Positions 36,472-45,894 of a stretch of DNA of 49,115 nt are shown here, piece by piece; within the stretch, counting starts at the first letter, position 1; each line of letters opens with the position of its first letter. Below the pieces are notes generated by a model, which saw nothing but the letters and a program-made list of their open reading frames with translations, was not told the DNA's origin and searched no databases. Position numbers and translations under genes: made by a program. Location of the stretch: the NCBI GenBank assembly GCA_038128265.1, contig JAYPJE010000020.1:23677-72791 (forward strand). The letters are read 5' to 3'. The stretch is from Gemmatimonadota bacterium. GTDB taxonomy: Bacteria > Latescibacterota > UBA2968 > UBA8231.

Positions 36472-39400
36472 ATGCTGCTCGTCTTCCTCGGCGAACCCGC
36501 CCTTTCCGACTTCCGCCGTCTTCCCCTGCTCGATCGCTGCCGCCAGCAGTGGCCCGAACTCGACGATATCGCCGCCGACTACGTTCTCATGGCGCATGTG
36601 CACCGCCCGCTGGAGGATGCCGAACGCGAGCTGCTGCAGCGCATCCTCGGAGCTGGCCCCGAGGCACCGGCGCGCCAGCCAAACCAGCTCTTTGTCTGTC
36701 CGCGGCCCGGGACGATTTCGCCCTGGTCGAGCAAGGCCACCGATATCCTGCGCAACTGCGGGTTTGACGCCGTCCAACGCGTCGAGCGCGGCATCGCATA
36801 CACCTTCCGCTCCTCTACGCCGCCCACACCTGAACAGCTCATCCATGTCGCCCCCCTGCTGCACGACCGCATGACCGAAGCACCGGCAAGCGACCTGGCA
36901 TCGCTCTTTGCGCAAATCGCACCCCAGCCCCTGGTGCGCATTCCGGTGCTGGCCGAGGGACGCGGCGCGCTCGAACGCGCCAATAGCGATATGGGACTGG
37001 CCCTTGCCGACGACGAGGTCGACTACTTTTTGCAGACCTATCGCAGCGCCCAGCGCGATCCAACCGACGTCGAGCTGATGATGTTTTCCGTCGTCAACTC
37101 CGAGCACTGCCGCCACAAGATCTTTAACGCCGAATGGGTGATCGACGGCAAGGCGCAGCCGCACTCGCTCTTCGACATGATCCGCAACACGCACGCGCTG
37201 CAGCCGCACGGCACCGTCAAGGCCTACTCCGACAACAGCGGCATTCTCCAGGGCTATCGCGTGCCCGTATTCCGCCCCGATGGCAGCGCGCAGCATCGCT
37301 ATGCCTACCGCGACGAGCAAACGCACGTGCTGATCAAGGTCGAGACGCACAACCACCCCACGGCGATCTCGCCCTACCCGGGTGCGTCTACCGGCGTCGG
37401 CGGCGAGATCCGCGACGAGGGGGCCGCCGGCACCGGGGGCGTATCACAGGCCGGCCTCTGTGCCTTCTTCACCTCGCACCTGCGGCTGCCCGACTACGCC
37501 CAGCCGTGGGAGCAACAGCACGCCGAATTTCCCGCACGCCTAGCTACTCCCCTTCAGATAATGACGGAGGGGCCCATCGGCGGTGCCGCCTTTGGCAACG
37601 AATTTGGCCGACCCAATATCCTCGGCCTGTTCCGCACCTATGAGGACGTCGCGCAGGGTCGCTATCGCGGCTACCACAAACCCATTATGGTGGCCGGCGG
37701 CGTCGGCTTGATCGACGACGCGCACGTGGAGAAAAAGCAGCCGCAAGCTGGCGACTACGTTATTCAGCTGGGCGGACCAGCCATGCTGATCGGCTTAGGG
37801 GGCGGAGCGGCTTCCAGCATGGACACCGGCTCCAACCAGGAAGATCTCGACTTTGCATCGGTGCAGCGAGACAATCCCGAAATGGAGCGGCGCTGCCAGG
37901 AGCTGATCAGCCGCTGCATCGCGCTGGGCACGGAAAACCCCATTCTCAGCATTCACGACGTCGGCGCCGGCGGCCTGTCCAACGCCTGCCCCGAGCTAGT
38001 CGAGGAAACGGGGGCGCGCTTCCAACTGCGCGCCATCCACAACGACGACCCGTCGATGAGCCCCATGCAGATCTGGTGCAACGAGGCGCAGGAGCGCTAT
38101 GTGCTGGTCGTCGGACGCGACCAGCTCGAGCGCTTCCGCGCGATGGCCGAGCGCGAGCGCTGCCTGTATGCCGTCATTGGCGAGGTAACCGGCGATCGCA
38201 AGCTGGCACTGCACGACGAGCTGCTCGGCGAAGATCCCATTCCAGAAATCGACCTCGACGTCTTTCTCGGCAAGCCGCCGCGGATGCTGCGCGACGTCGA
38301 GCGCCTGCCACAGCAGCACCCACCGCTCGACCTGTCGGACGTATCCATTGCCGACGCGGTCGCGCGCGTGCTGCGTTTCCCCGCCGTCGCGGCCAAAACC
38401 TTTCTCATCACCATTGCCGACCGCACCGTCACCGGCCTCATTGCCCGCGACCAATTCGTCGGCCCCTACCAGGTTCCAGTAGCCGATGTAGCGCTGACCG
38501 CCCACTCATTTGAAGGCTATACGGGGTCGGCGATGGCCATGGGCGAGCGCACGCCCGTCGCGCTTATCGACGCACCTGCATCGGGTCGACTCGCCGTGGC
38601 CGAGGCTATTACCAACATCGCCGCGGCGCATATTGGCGACATACGGCAAATCAAGCTGTCGGGTAATTGGATGTGCGCCTGCGGCGAGGAGGGCGAAGAC
38701 GCCAATCTCTTTGACACCGTGCACAGCGTCGGCATGGAGTTCTGCCCGCAGCTGGGCGTCTCTATTCCCGTTGGCAAGGACAGCCTGTCCATGCGCGCCG
38801 TGTGGCGCGACAGCCAGGGACAGGACCAGAAAATCGTCGCGCCGCTCAGCCTCGTCGTCTCGGCCTTTGCCCCCGTCGAAGACGCGCGCCGCCACGCCAC
38901 GCCGCAGCTGCGCGACGACGGCGATACGTCCCTGCTCCTCATCGACCTAGGCGGCGGCAAAAATCGCCTCGGCGCCTCGGCCCTGGCCCAGACTTACAAC
39001 CAGGTCGGCCCGGAGGCACCCGACGTCGATCCCGGCGATCTGCGCATGCTCTTTGACGCCGTGCAGTGCCTGCACGCCGACGGGCTCATTCTCGCCTACC
39101 ACGACCGCTCGGATGGCGGTCTATTCGCCGCGGTTGCGGAAATGGCGTTTGCCGGTCGCTGCGGCGTCGACCTCGATATTTCAGCGCTGGGCGACGACAC
39201 CTTAGCCGCGCTCTTTTGCGAAGAAGTAGGCGTGGTCATTCAGCACCGCAGCGCCGATGAACCCGCCGTGCGCGCCATTTTGCAGGCGCACGGCTTGGCA
39301 GCGCAGGCACACGCTATTGGCCGCATCAATGCGCGCCGCGAGCTCGTCGTCGTGCAGGGCGGCACCGAGCACTACCGCGCTTCCATTCTCGAGCTGCACG

Positions 39401-40344
39401 CCGCCTGGGCCGAGCTGACCTATCGCATGCAGGCCCTGCGCGACAACCCCGACTGCGCGCGCGAAGAGTATGAATCGATTGGCGATGCGGGCGATCCCGG
39501 CCTGAGCTTCCACCTGGCCTACGACCCAGCGCAGGCTACCCGTCTGAGCGCAGCGGCCGTGCACTCAGCCCGTCCCCGCATAGCGGTTTTGCGCGAGCAG
39601 GGCATCAACGGCCAGGTCGAAATGGCAGCGGCCTTTGATGCGGCTGGTTTTGAAGCCGTCGACGTGCCCATGACGGACCTCATGGCGGGAAATGCCGCGC
39701 TCAGCACCTTTAACGGCCTAGTGGCCTGCGGCGGTTTTAGCTACGGCGATGTGCTCGGTGCGGGCGCCGGCTGGGCGCGCTCCATTCTATTCAACGAAGC
39801 GCTGCGCGAACAGTTTCACGCCTTTTTTCACCGACCCGACACGTTTGCTCTGGGCGTCTGCAACGGCTGCCAAATGCTATCGCACCTCAAGGAACTCATA
39901 CCCGGCACCGAGCACTGGCCGCGCTTTCTGCGCAACCGCTCCGAACAGTTCGAGGCGCGCCTATGCACGGTCGAGGTCCTGGAAAGCCCGTCGGTGCTGC
40001 TCAGCGGCATGCAGGGATCGCGCCTGCCCATTGCCGTGGCACACGGCGAGGGGCGCGCCGCTTTTGCCGACGGCGCATTAGACGCGTTACGCGCCAACGG
40101 CCAGCTGGCGCTGCGCTACGTCGACCACTACGGCCAGCCCAGCGTGCGCTATCCGACCAACCCCAACGGCTCGCCCGAAGGACTTACGGGGCTGTGCTCG
40201 ACCGACGGCCGTGCCACCATTATGATGCCGCATCCCGAGCGCGTTTTCCGCGCCATGCAGCTATCGCATCGACCCGACAGCTGGCAGAGCGATGACGGCC
40301 CGTGGCTCAGGCTCTTTCAAAACGCACGCGCCTTCGTCGATTAG
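36472..40344 (+). CDS. purL: Phosphoribosylformylglycinamidine synthase, large single-chain type
   Basis: NSEHCRHKIFNA, KVETHNHPT, GKDSLSM, GGFSYGD, LGVCNGCQ, MMPHPER; start set at ATG 36472. Confidence 0.97.
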   Translation: MLLVFLGEPALSDFRRLPLLDRCRQQWPELDDIAADYVLMAHVHRPLEDAERELLQRILGAGPEAPARQPNQLFVCPRPGTISPWSSKATDILRNCGFDAVQRVERGIAYTFRSSTPPTPEQLIHVAPLLHDRMTEAPASDLASLFAQIAPQPLVRIPVLAEGRGALERANSDMGLALADDEVDYFLQTYRSAQRDPTDVELMMFSVVNSEHCRHKIFNAEWVIDGKAQPHSLFDMIRNTHALQPHGTVKAYSDNSGILQGYRVPVFRPDGSAQHRYAYRDEQTHVLIKVETHNHPTAISPYPGASTGVGGEIRDEGAAGTGGVSQAGLCAFFTSHLRLPDYAQPWEQQHAEFPARLATPLQIMTEGPIGGAAFGNEFGRPNILGLFRTYEDVAQGRYRGYHKPIMVAGGVGLIDDAHVEKKQPQAGDYVIQLGGPAMLIGLGGGAASSMDTGSNQEDLDFASVQRDNPEMERRCQELISRCIALGTENPILSIHDVGAGGLSNACPELVEETGARFQLRAIHNDDPSMSPMQIWCNEAQERYVLVVGRDQLERFRAMAERERCLYAVIGEVTGDRKLALHDELLGEDPIPEIDLDVFLGKPPRMLRDVERLPQQHPPLDLSDVSIADAVARVLRFPAVAAKTFLITIADRTVTGLIARDQFVGPYQVPVADVALTAHSFEGYTGSAMAMGERTPVALIDAPASGRLAVAEAITNIAAAHIGDIRQIKLSGNWMCACGEEGEDANLFDTVHSVGMEFCPQLGVSIPVGKDSLSMRAVWRDSQGQDQKIVAPLSLVVSAFAPVEDARRHATPQLRDDGDTSLLLIDLGGGKNRLGASALAQTYNQVGPEAPDVDPGDLRMLFDAVQCLHADGLILAYHDRSDGGLFAAVAEMAFAGRCGVDLDISALGDDTLAALFCEEVGVVIQHRSADEPAVRAILQAHGLAAQAHAIGRINARRELVVVQGGTEHYRASILELHAAWAELTYRMQALRDNPDCAREEYESIGDAGDPGLSFHLAYDPAQATRLSAAAVHSARPRIAVLREQGINGQVEMAAAFDAAGFEAVDVPMTDLMAGNAALSTFNGLVACGGFSYGDVLGAGAGWARSILFNEALREQFHAFFHRPDTFALGVCNGCQMLSHLKELIPGTEHWPRFLRNRSEQFEARLCTVEVLESPSVLLSGMQGSRLPIAVAHGEGRAAFADGALDALRANGQLALRYVDHYGQPSVRYPTNPNGSPEGLTGLCSTDGRATIMMPHPERVFRAMQLSHRPDSWQSDDGPWLRLFQNARAFVD

Positions 40345-40439
40345 TGCGCGCGTTGACCGGCCGCACAGGGGCGATTGCACGAGCTTGACGGTACAACCAT
40401 ACCTGCTGAAACTATAGCTCCGCCTGTTCAGAACTCACT

Positions 40440-41435
40440 ATGGGAGCCACCATGACCACCACTACCCGCTGGGGTATTCTCGGCACGGGCAGCATCGCCA
40501 AGCAGTTTGCGCGCGGCCTAGCCGACACGCCCGACGCCGTGCTGCAGGCCGTCGGCTCGCGCGCGCAGGAAAGCGCCGATGCGTTTGGCGACGCCTTTTC
40601 CGTTCCGACGCGACACGCCTCGTACGAAGCGCTAGCCAACGATCCAAACGTAGACGCCGTCTACGTTTCGACGCCGCATCCATTCCACAAGGACAACAGC
40701 ATCCTCTGTCTGCAAGGGGGCAAGGCGGTGCTGTGCGAAAAACCCTTCACCATCAACGCATCCGAGGCCGAGGCAGTCGTCCAGGTAGCGCGCAGCGAAG
40801 GCGTATTCCTCATGGAAGCCATGTGGAGTCGCTTTTTTCCCGCCATGCAGCAGGTCAAGCGCTGGCTCGACGAAGGGGCTATCGGCGAGGTGAGGCTAGT
40901 AAGCGCCGACTTTGGCTTTCGCGCTGGCATCAATCCCGAGGGGCGGCTTTTCAACCCCGCCTTGGGCGGCGGTGCGCTGCTCGACGTGGGCATTTACGTC
41001 ACGTCGTTCGCCTCGTTTGTGCTCGGGCCGCACCCGACCCGCATCGAGAGTATGGCTCATATAGGCGAAACGGGCGTCGACGAGCAAAATGCCCTCATTC
41101 TCGGCTACGAGAGCGGCGCTATGGCCCTGTTGACCAGCGCCGTGCGCACCTCGACGCCGCACGAGGCAACCATCGTCGGCACCGAGGGCACCATTCGCAT
41201 ACCAACCCACTTTTGGAAAGCGGGAAAGGCGTCGCTCAAAGCCGGTGATCGCGAAGAGGAAGTCGAGTTTAAAGAGCAGGGCAACGGCTACAACTACGAG
41301 GCCGCTGAAGTTGGCCGCTGCCTGCGTGAAGGCCTGCGCGAAAGTCCTACCATGACCTTAGACGAAACCATTGCCCTGATGAACATACTCGACGCCGTGC
41401 GCGCGCAGTGGGGCCTTACCTATCCGATGGAGTAA
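40440..41435 (+). CDS. Gfo/Idh/MocA family oxidoreductase
   Basis: WGILGTGSIA, VLCEKP, MEAMWSRF, GGGALLDVGIY; start 40440 or 40452. Confidence 0.92.
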   Translation: MGATMTTTTRWGILGTGSIAKQFARGLADTPDAVLQAVGSRAQESADAFGDAFSVPTRHASYEALANDPNVDAVYVSTPHPFHKDNSILCLQGGKAVLCEKPFTINASEAEAVVQVARSEGVFLMEAMWSRFFPAMQQVKRWLDEGAIGEVRLVSADFGFRAGINPEGRLFNPALGGGALLDVGIYVTSFASFVLGPHPTRIESMAHIGETGVDEQNALILGYESGAMALLTSAVRTSTPHEATIVGTEGTIRIPTHFWKAGKASLKAGDREEEVEFKEQGNGYNYEAAEVGRCLREGLRESPTMTLDETIALMNILDAVRAQWGLTYPME

Positions 41436-41439
41436 CCGC

Positions 41440-42408
41440 ATGGAATACGGAACAATAGCCGGAGTGAACAAAAACATTTCGCGCCTTGTGCAGGGGTGCA
41501 TCATGCTGCATCGCAACAAGCTCGACGAGAGCTACGCCCTGCTCGATGCGGCCTTTGCCGCCGGCATTACCGCCTACGATTCGGCCCACCTCTATGCCGG
41601 AGGCGAAGTGGATCGCGTGCTCGGGCTGTGGATGGAAGCGCGTGGCAATCGCGAAGACGTGGTCATCATTGGCAAGGGCGCCCACCTCAACGGGGACCGC
41701 AACCGCGTCACGCCCTATGACATCGCCTCCGATATGGCCGACTCGCTGGTGCGTCTGCGCAGTGACTACATCGATATTTATCTGCTGCACCGCGACGATC
41801 CAACGGTGCCGGTTGGCCCCATCGTCGAAGCCCTTAACGAGCACCACGCGGCCGGCCGCATTCGCATCTTCGGCGGATCAAACTGGTCGCCCGAGCGCCT
41901 CGAAGAGGCCAACGAGTACGCCGATAAGCACGGCCTCGTGCCCTTTGCCGTATCCAGCCCCAACTTCAGCCTCGCCGAACAGTTTGAAGAGCCGTGGACC
42001 GACTGCCTGTCGATCTCCGGCGCCTCGCAGGAAGCGGCGCGTCAGTGGTATGCCGGAAAAGAGATGCCGCTCTTTACCTGGTCGAGCGTAGCGCGCGGCT
42101 TTTTCTCGGGCAAGATCACCAGCGCCAACGCCGAAGAAGTGCGCGACCAGTTCGACGGCTCAATGCCTAAATCCTACTACTATCCGGAGAATTTCCAGCG
42201 CCTGGATCGCGCCTGGGAACTGGCCGAGGAAAAGGGTCTGTCGGTGCCGCAGATCGCCCTGTCCTACGTGCTCAGTTTCCCACTCGATATCTACGCACTG
42301 GTCGGCAGCATGAATAGCGACGAAATCGCCTCCAACCTGCAGGCGCTGCAGACGCGGCTTACGGAAGCGGAAATGGCCTGGCTCGACCTGCGCAGCGAAA
42401 CGCGCTAG
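41440..42408 (+). CDS. Aldo/keto reductase
   Basis: DSAHLY, DYIDIYLLHRDD, GGSNW, SVARGFFSG. Confidence 0.92.
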   Translation: MEYGTIAGVNKNISRLVQGCIMLHRNKLDESYALLDAAFAAGITAYDSAHLYAGGEVDRVLGLWMEARGNREDVVIIGKGAHLNGDRNRVTPYDIASDMADSLVRLRSDYIDIYLLHRDDPTVPVGPIVEALNEHHAAGRIRIFGGSNWSPERLEEANEYADKHGLVPFAVSSPNFSLAEQFEEPWTDCLSISGASQEAARQWYAGKEMPLFTWSSVARGFFSGKITSANAEEVRDQFDGSMPKSYYYPENFQRLDRAWELAEEKGLSVPQIALSYVLSFPLDIYALVGSMNSDEIASNLQALQTRLTEAEMAWLDLRSETR

Positions 42409-42425
42409 ATCCACGGATTCAATTC

Positions 42426-42472
42426 AAAGGGAGCAGGGCCCTGCTGTGCGACAGCGGGGCCTTTCTCTTTAT
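42426..42472. terminator. Probably bidirectional terminator between convergent genes
   Basis: aaagggag-c-agggccctgctgt / acagcggggcctt-t-ctcttt long stem. Confidence 0.7.
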
Positions 42473-42480
42473 TACTTCGC

Positions 42481-42930
42481 TCAGGGTGCCTGCTCGGCGC
42501 AGAATGACCACACTTGCCGGTACCATGCCCCCAGTGCTTCAGGCGCTTCTCTGCCCGCGTCCCACGACCAGCGCACCGTATCGCTCGCCGCCGCATAGAG
42601 CGCCGAGGCCGTCATATTGCCGCGCTCGTTTAACGCCTGCTGTAGAGCGCCGGTGGCCAAGAGTTCATCGCGCAGTTGGGCGACGCGCGCCTTGTCCGCG
42701 CTGCGCTCCCACAGCAGCGAATCGCTGAGGCCGATGCGCTGCCGGAACTCAACCGTGCCGTTTTCGTGCAGGCGATAGGTCTTATACAGACCCGCCACGC
42801 CCCCCCCCTTGGTGACTTCCAGAACAAATTCTCCCTGTGCTGCCGACTCTGAATCACCGGCCTGGCGTTCGGGCGTCGGCGCACAGGCCAGCCATAGCAG
42901 GCTTAAAAAAAACGCTGTTTTAGCTTTCAT
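42481..42930 (-). CDS. Hypothetical lipoprotein
   Basis: MKAKTAFFLSLLWLAC lipobox-like signal; GGGVAG motif. Confidence 0.75.
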   Translation of the reverse strand: MKAKTAFFLSLLWLACAPTPERQAGDSESAAQGEFVLEVTKGGGVAGLYKTYRLHENGTVEFRQRIGLSDSLLWERSADKARVAQLRDELLATGALQQALNERGNMTASALYAAASDTVRWSWDAGREAPEALGAWYRQVWSFCAEQAP

Positions 42931-43094
42931 ATTGCATACTCACCGCGTGAATCACCCCGCGGGTAACGCTTCAACGGCGTTCGTTTCAGCCGTTTGTAGC
43001 GCCACGCAACAAAAAGGGGTGGCCGCCGCCCGTATTGGGATTGAATGGTGCAAAACGTAACGTGCTCTACTAGCGCGGGCAAAGCCGGAGATGG

Positions 43095-44303
43095 CTACTG
43101 GCTGGCAGCCATCTCCGCGCGCTTAGCGGCTTCTTCGCAAATTATTTCTGCAATAACGCGACAGTCGTCTTCGCTGAACGTGAGCGGAATCCGCATATCA
43201 CATGTCGTCGATAGCGCGTCAAGCGTCTGCGGCAGCTCCGGAATATCGCGCAAATAGCGCCAGCTGTCGTAGCGACTGGTAAAGGCGACCGGCGCCTCGG
43301 CGCCAAACCACTTGAGTTCGACGCCGCGTTCGAAACAGTCCGATACAAAGGTTGGAATATCGCCGGCGGGAAATCCATCGACGTGAAATTGAATGGAGGA
43401 GCCCACGTAGGCCTCGTGCTTAGAGCGCTCGACGATGCGGATGCCCGGGCTATTGCGCAACCTGCTCTCTACCGTCCGATACCGCCTGTTCCAGCGCTCG
43501 ATCTGCTCGTCGAGGTGGGGCAACTGTGCGCGCAGGATAGCGGCACGCAGATTATCGAGCCGCGCCGAGCAGTTCGGCATATCCAGCTTAACGCGTTCGA
43601 ACGCATCAGGCTCTGGTGCCGCACCGTGGCGCTCGTAGAGCATATAGGAGCCAGACAGAACAATGGCGCGTGCCGCAATCTGCGCATCATCGGTAGTCAC
43701 CAGCCCGCCTTCGCCCGCATTCATGTGCTTGTAGGTCTGCGTCGAAAAGCAGGCAACAGCGCCGAAATTACCCGACTTTCGCCCTCTCCACTCGGCGCCC
43801 ATCGTATGGGCACAATCTTCGATAAGAACTATGCCAAGCGCATCGCAGACGGAGCAAATGGCCTCCATATCGGCGATATGGCCGCGCATGTGCGAAAGGA
43901 CCAAGTAGTGCGCACCGCTCTCGGCCGCCTTCGCACGCAGATCGTCTATATCCGTCAGCCAGTCGTCGCCAATTTCCACTAGCACGGGCACCGCGCCGAC
44001 GGCGTGAATGGCACCGGGCACCGGCGCCAGCGTATAGGCGTTGGCCAGCACCCCATCGCCTGGCTGGACACCTGCCGCGCGCAGCGCAGTTTGGATCGCC
44101 TGGCCGCCAGAAGTAACGGCCAGGCAGTAGCGCGCGCCCTGGTATAGCGCGTACTCAGCTTCTAGCAGCGCAGTCTCACTCGCTTCGCCGGGAACCGTGT
44201 TGTAGCGATGCAGGCGGCCCGATTGCATCACCGCAACGGCGCGATCGATACCCGCCTGCGGAATGGCCTCTTGCTGCGTAAAAGACTTTTCAAATCGCTT
44301 CAT
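43095..44303 (-). CDS. DegT/DnrJ/EryC1/StrS-like PLP-dependent aminotransferase
   Basis: SGRLHRYN, IEDCAHTMG, FSTQTYKHMNAGEGG. Confidence 0.9.
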   Translation of the reverse strand: MKRFEKSFTQQEAIPQAGIDRAVAVMQSGRLHRYNTVPGEASETALLEAEYALYQGARYCLAVTSGGQAIQTALRAAGVQPGDGVLANAYTLAPVPGAIHAVGAVPVLVEIGDDWLTDIDDLRAKAAESGAHYLVLSHMRGHIADMEAICSVCDALGIVLIEDCAHTMGAEWRGRKSGNFGAVACFSTQTYKHMNAGEGGLVTTDDAQIAARAIVLSGSYMLYERHGAAPEPDAFERVKLDMPNCSARLDNLRAAILRAQLPHLDEQIERWNRRYRTVESRLRNSPGIRIVERSKHEAYVGSSIQFHVDGFPAGDIPTFVSDCFERGVELKWFGAEAPVAFTSRYDSWRYLRDIPELPQTLDALSTTCDMRIPLTFSEDDCRVIAEIICEEAAKRAEMAASQ

Positions 44304-44305
44304 AG

Positions 44306-45616
44306 CTATGGCTCATACCGCTTCTGTGCGACTACTTCAAAATCCCAGTCGCGGTCGGGAAAGTACTTTTGCAGGCGCCAGTCACAGGCGCGCGCATGCC
44401 CCTCCATTCCCTCGGCGCGCGCAATGCGCGAACCCACGGCGCTAAAGGTCTCGTTGGCCTGCGCATCGAGCTGCTGGTAGGTCACGACCTTTAAAAACTT
44501 GTGCACATTGAGCCCGCCGCTGTAGCGGCCGGCGCGCCGCGTCGGCAGAATGTGGTTGGGCCCAGAACACTTGTCGCCGTGCGTGACAGTGCTGCCCTCT
44601 CCCAAAAAAAGCGAACCGTAGTTGTTGAGTTTTTCCTTCCACCACTCCAGCTCTTCGGCGATGACCTGCAGGTGCTCTGGTGCATAGCGATCGCTCACGG
44701 CGACCATCTCATCGCGATCGGCGCAGAGCACGATTTCACCAAAGTCTCGCCATGCTGCCAACGCCACTTCTCTGCTGGGCAAGTCTGCAGCTACTTGGGG
44801 AACGATCGTCGCGACGCGCTCGCCCACAGTGCGCGAGGTGGTGAACAGCCACACGGGCGAAGTCGGACCGTGTTCGGCCTGCGATACCAAGTCGACGGCA
44901 ATGGTCATGGGGTCGGCACTGTCGTCTGCAATGATCGCCGATTCGGTTGGACCGGCCAACACGTCGATGCCAACCCGACCAAACAGCTGGCGTTTAGCTT
45001 CCGCCACGTAGGCGTTACCGGGTCCGACGATTACATCGGCTTCTCGACCGGTAAACAGCCCGTAGGCCATGGCCGCCACGCCCTGCACGCCCCCCATTTC
45101 GAGAATAACGTCCGCGCCGGCTAGGTCCATGGCATAGGCGATGGCCGGATGGATCGAACCGGCGTGCGGCGGCGAACAGGCTACAATGTGGGACACTCCG
45201 GCCACCTTGGCCGTGGCGATGCTCATCAGCGCCGACGCAATATGGGCGTAGCGCCCTCCCGGCACGTAGCAACCAGCGCACTGCACCGGAAGCACGCGCT
45301 GCCCCAAGCGAACCCCGGGTTCGGTCTCGATTTCGAATTCCGTCAGGCTTCGGCGCTGCGCTTCGGCAAAGCGCGCGACTTGAGCGTGGGCAAATTGGAT
45401 ATCCGCTCGCAGCCCAGCCGGCACGTGGGCCACCAGTGCCGCGCGCTTTTCGCCCGACAGTACGACGTCGCCCTTCCAGCCGTCGAGCTCCTCGGCAAAA
45501 CGGAGTGCCGCCGCCTCGCCATCGGACTCAATAGACTTCAACATGGCCTCGACGGTCTCGCGCATAGACCGATCAACGGCTTCGTCCGGCGCGGGCGCCT
45601 TTTTGATAAAATCCAT
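44306..45616 (-). CDS. hpsN: HisD-family dehydrogenase, HpsN (sulfopropanediol 3-dehydrogenase)-like
   Basis: YVPGGRYAHIAS, AGPTE, SQAEHG, GDKCSGPNHILPT (K where HisD has Y), EGMEGHAR; ATG 45616 with AAGGA SD. Confidence 0.75.
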   Translation of the reverse strand: MDFIKKAPAPDEAVDRSMRETVEAMLKSIESDGEAAALRFAEELDGWKGDVVLSGEKRAALVAHVPAGLRADIQFAHAQVARFAEAQRRSLTEFEIETEPGVRLGQRVLPVQCAGCYVPGGRYAHIASALMSIATAKVAGVSHIVACSPPHAGSIHPAIAYAMDLAGADVILEMGGVQGVAAMAYGLFTGREADVIVGPGNAYVAEAKRQLFGRVGIDVLAGPTESAIIADDSADPMTIAVDLVSQAEHGPTSPVWLFTTSRTVGERVATIVPQVAADLPSREVALAAWRDFGEIVLCADRDEMVAVSDRYAPEHLQVIAEELEWWKEKLNNYGSLFLGEGSTVTHGDKCSGPNHILPTRRAGRYSGGLNVHKFLKVVTYQQLDAQANETFSAVGSRIARAEGMEGHARACDWRLQKYFPDRDWDFEVVAQKRYEP

Positions 45617-45894
45617 GGACGTCCTTCCAGATAGCTCTTTTCTCGACGCTCGGTCTCCATACGACCGAGACAGGCGAAATCTATTGCAGGCCTCGGCGCA
45701 GTTCAACCACTGGCCAACCCACCCTGCCAACGAACCGCTTGCCAAGCGCACACCGCACTGCCACACGGCTAGATCCGTCTTGCCTATACGCCATCCATTT
45801 ATTAATCATACCTCCGTGCGCCGGGCGCCCTCTCTCAGCAGTGTACACAGCGCGCCCAGCGGCACCATTCTACCCGTTAGCAAAGCGAGATCGC

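Noticed and set aside
43040..43094. Possible c-di-GMP-I riboswitch (gcaaaac...ggcaaagcc)
   Set aside because: The required stems and GNRA loop are absent, and no downstream gene lies on that strand.
44306..45616. Calling this gene hisD, part of a his operon with hisI
   Set aside because: It has HpsN-type signatures, no adjacent his genes, and hisI is 14 kb away.
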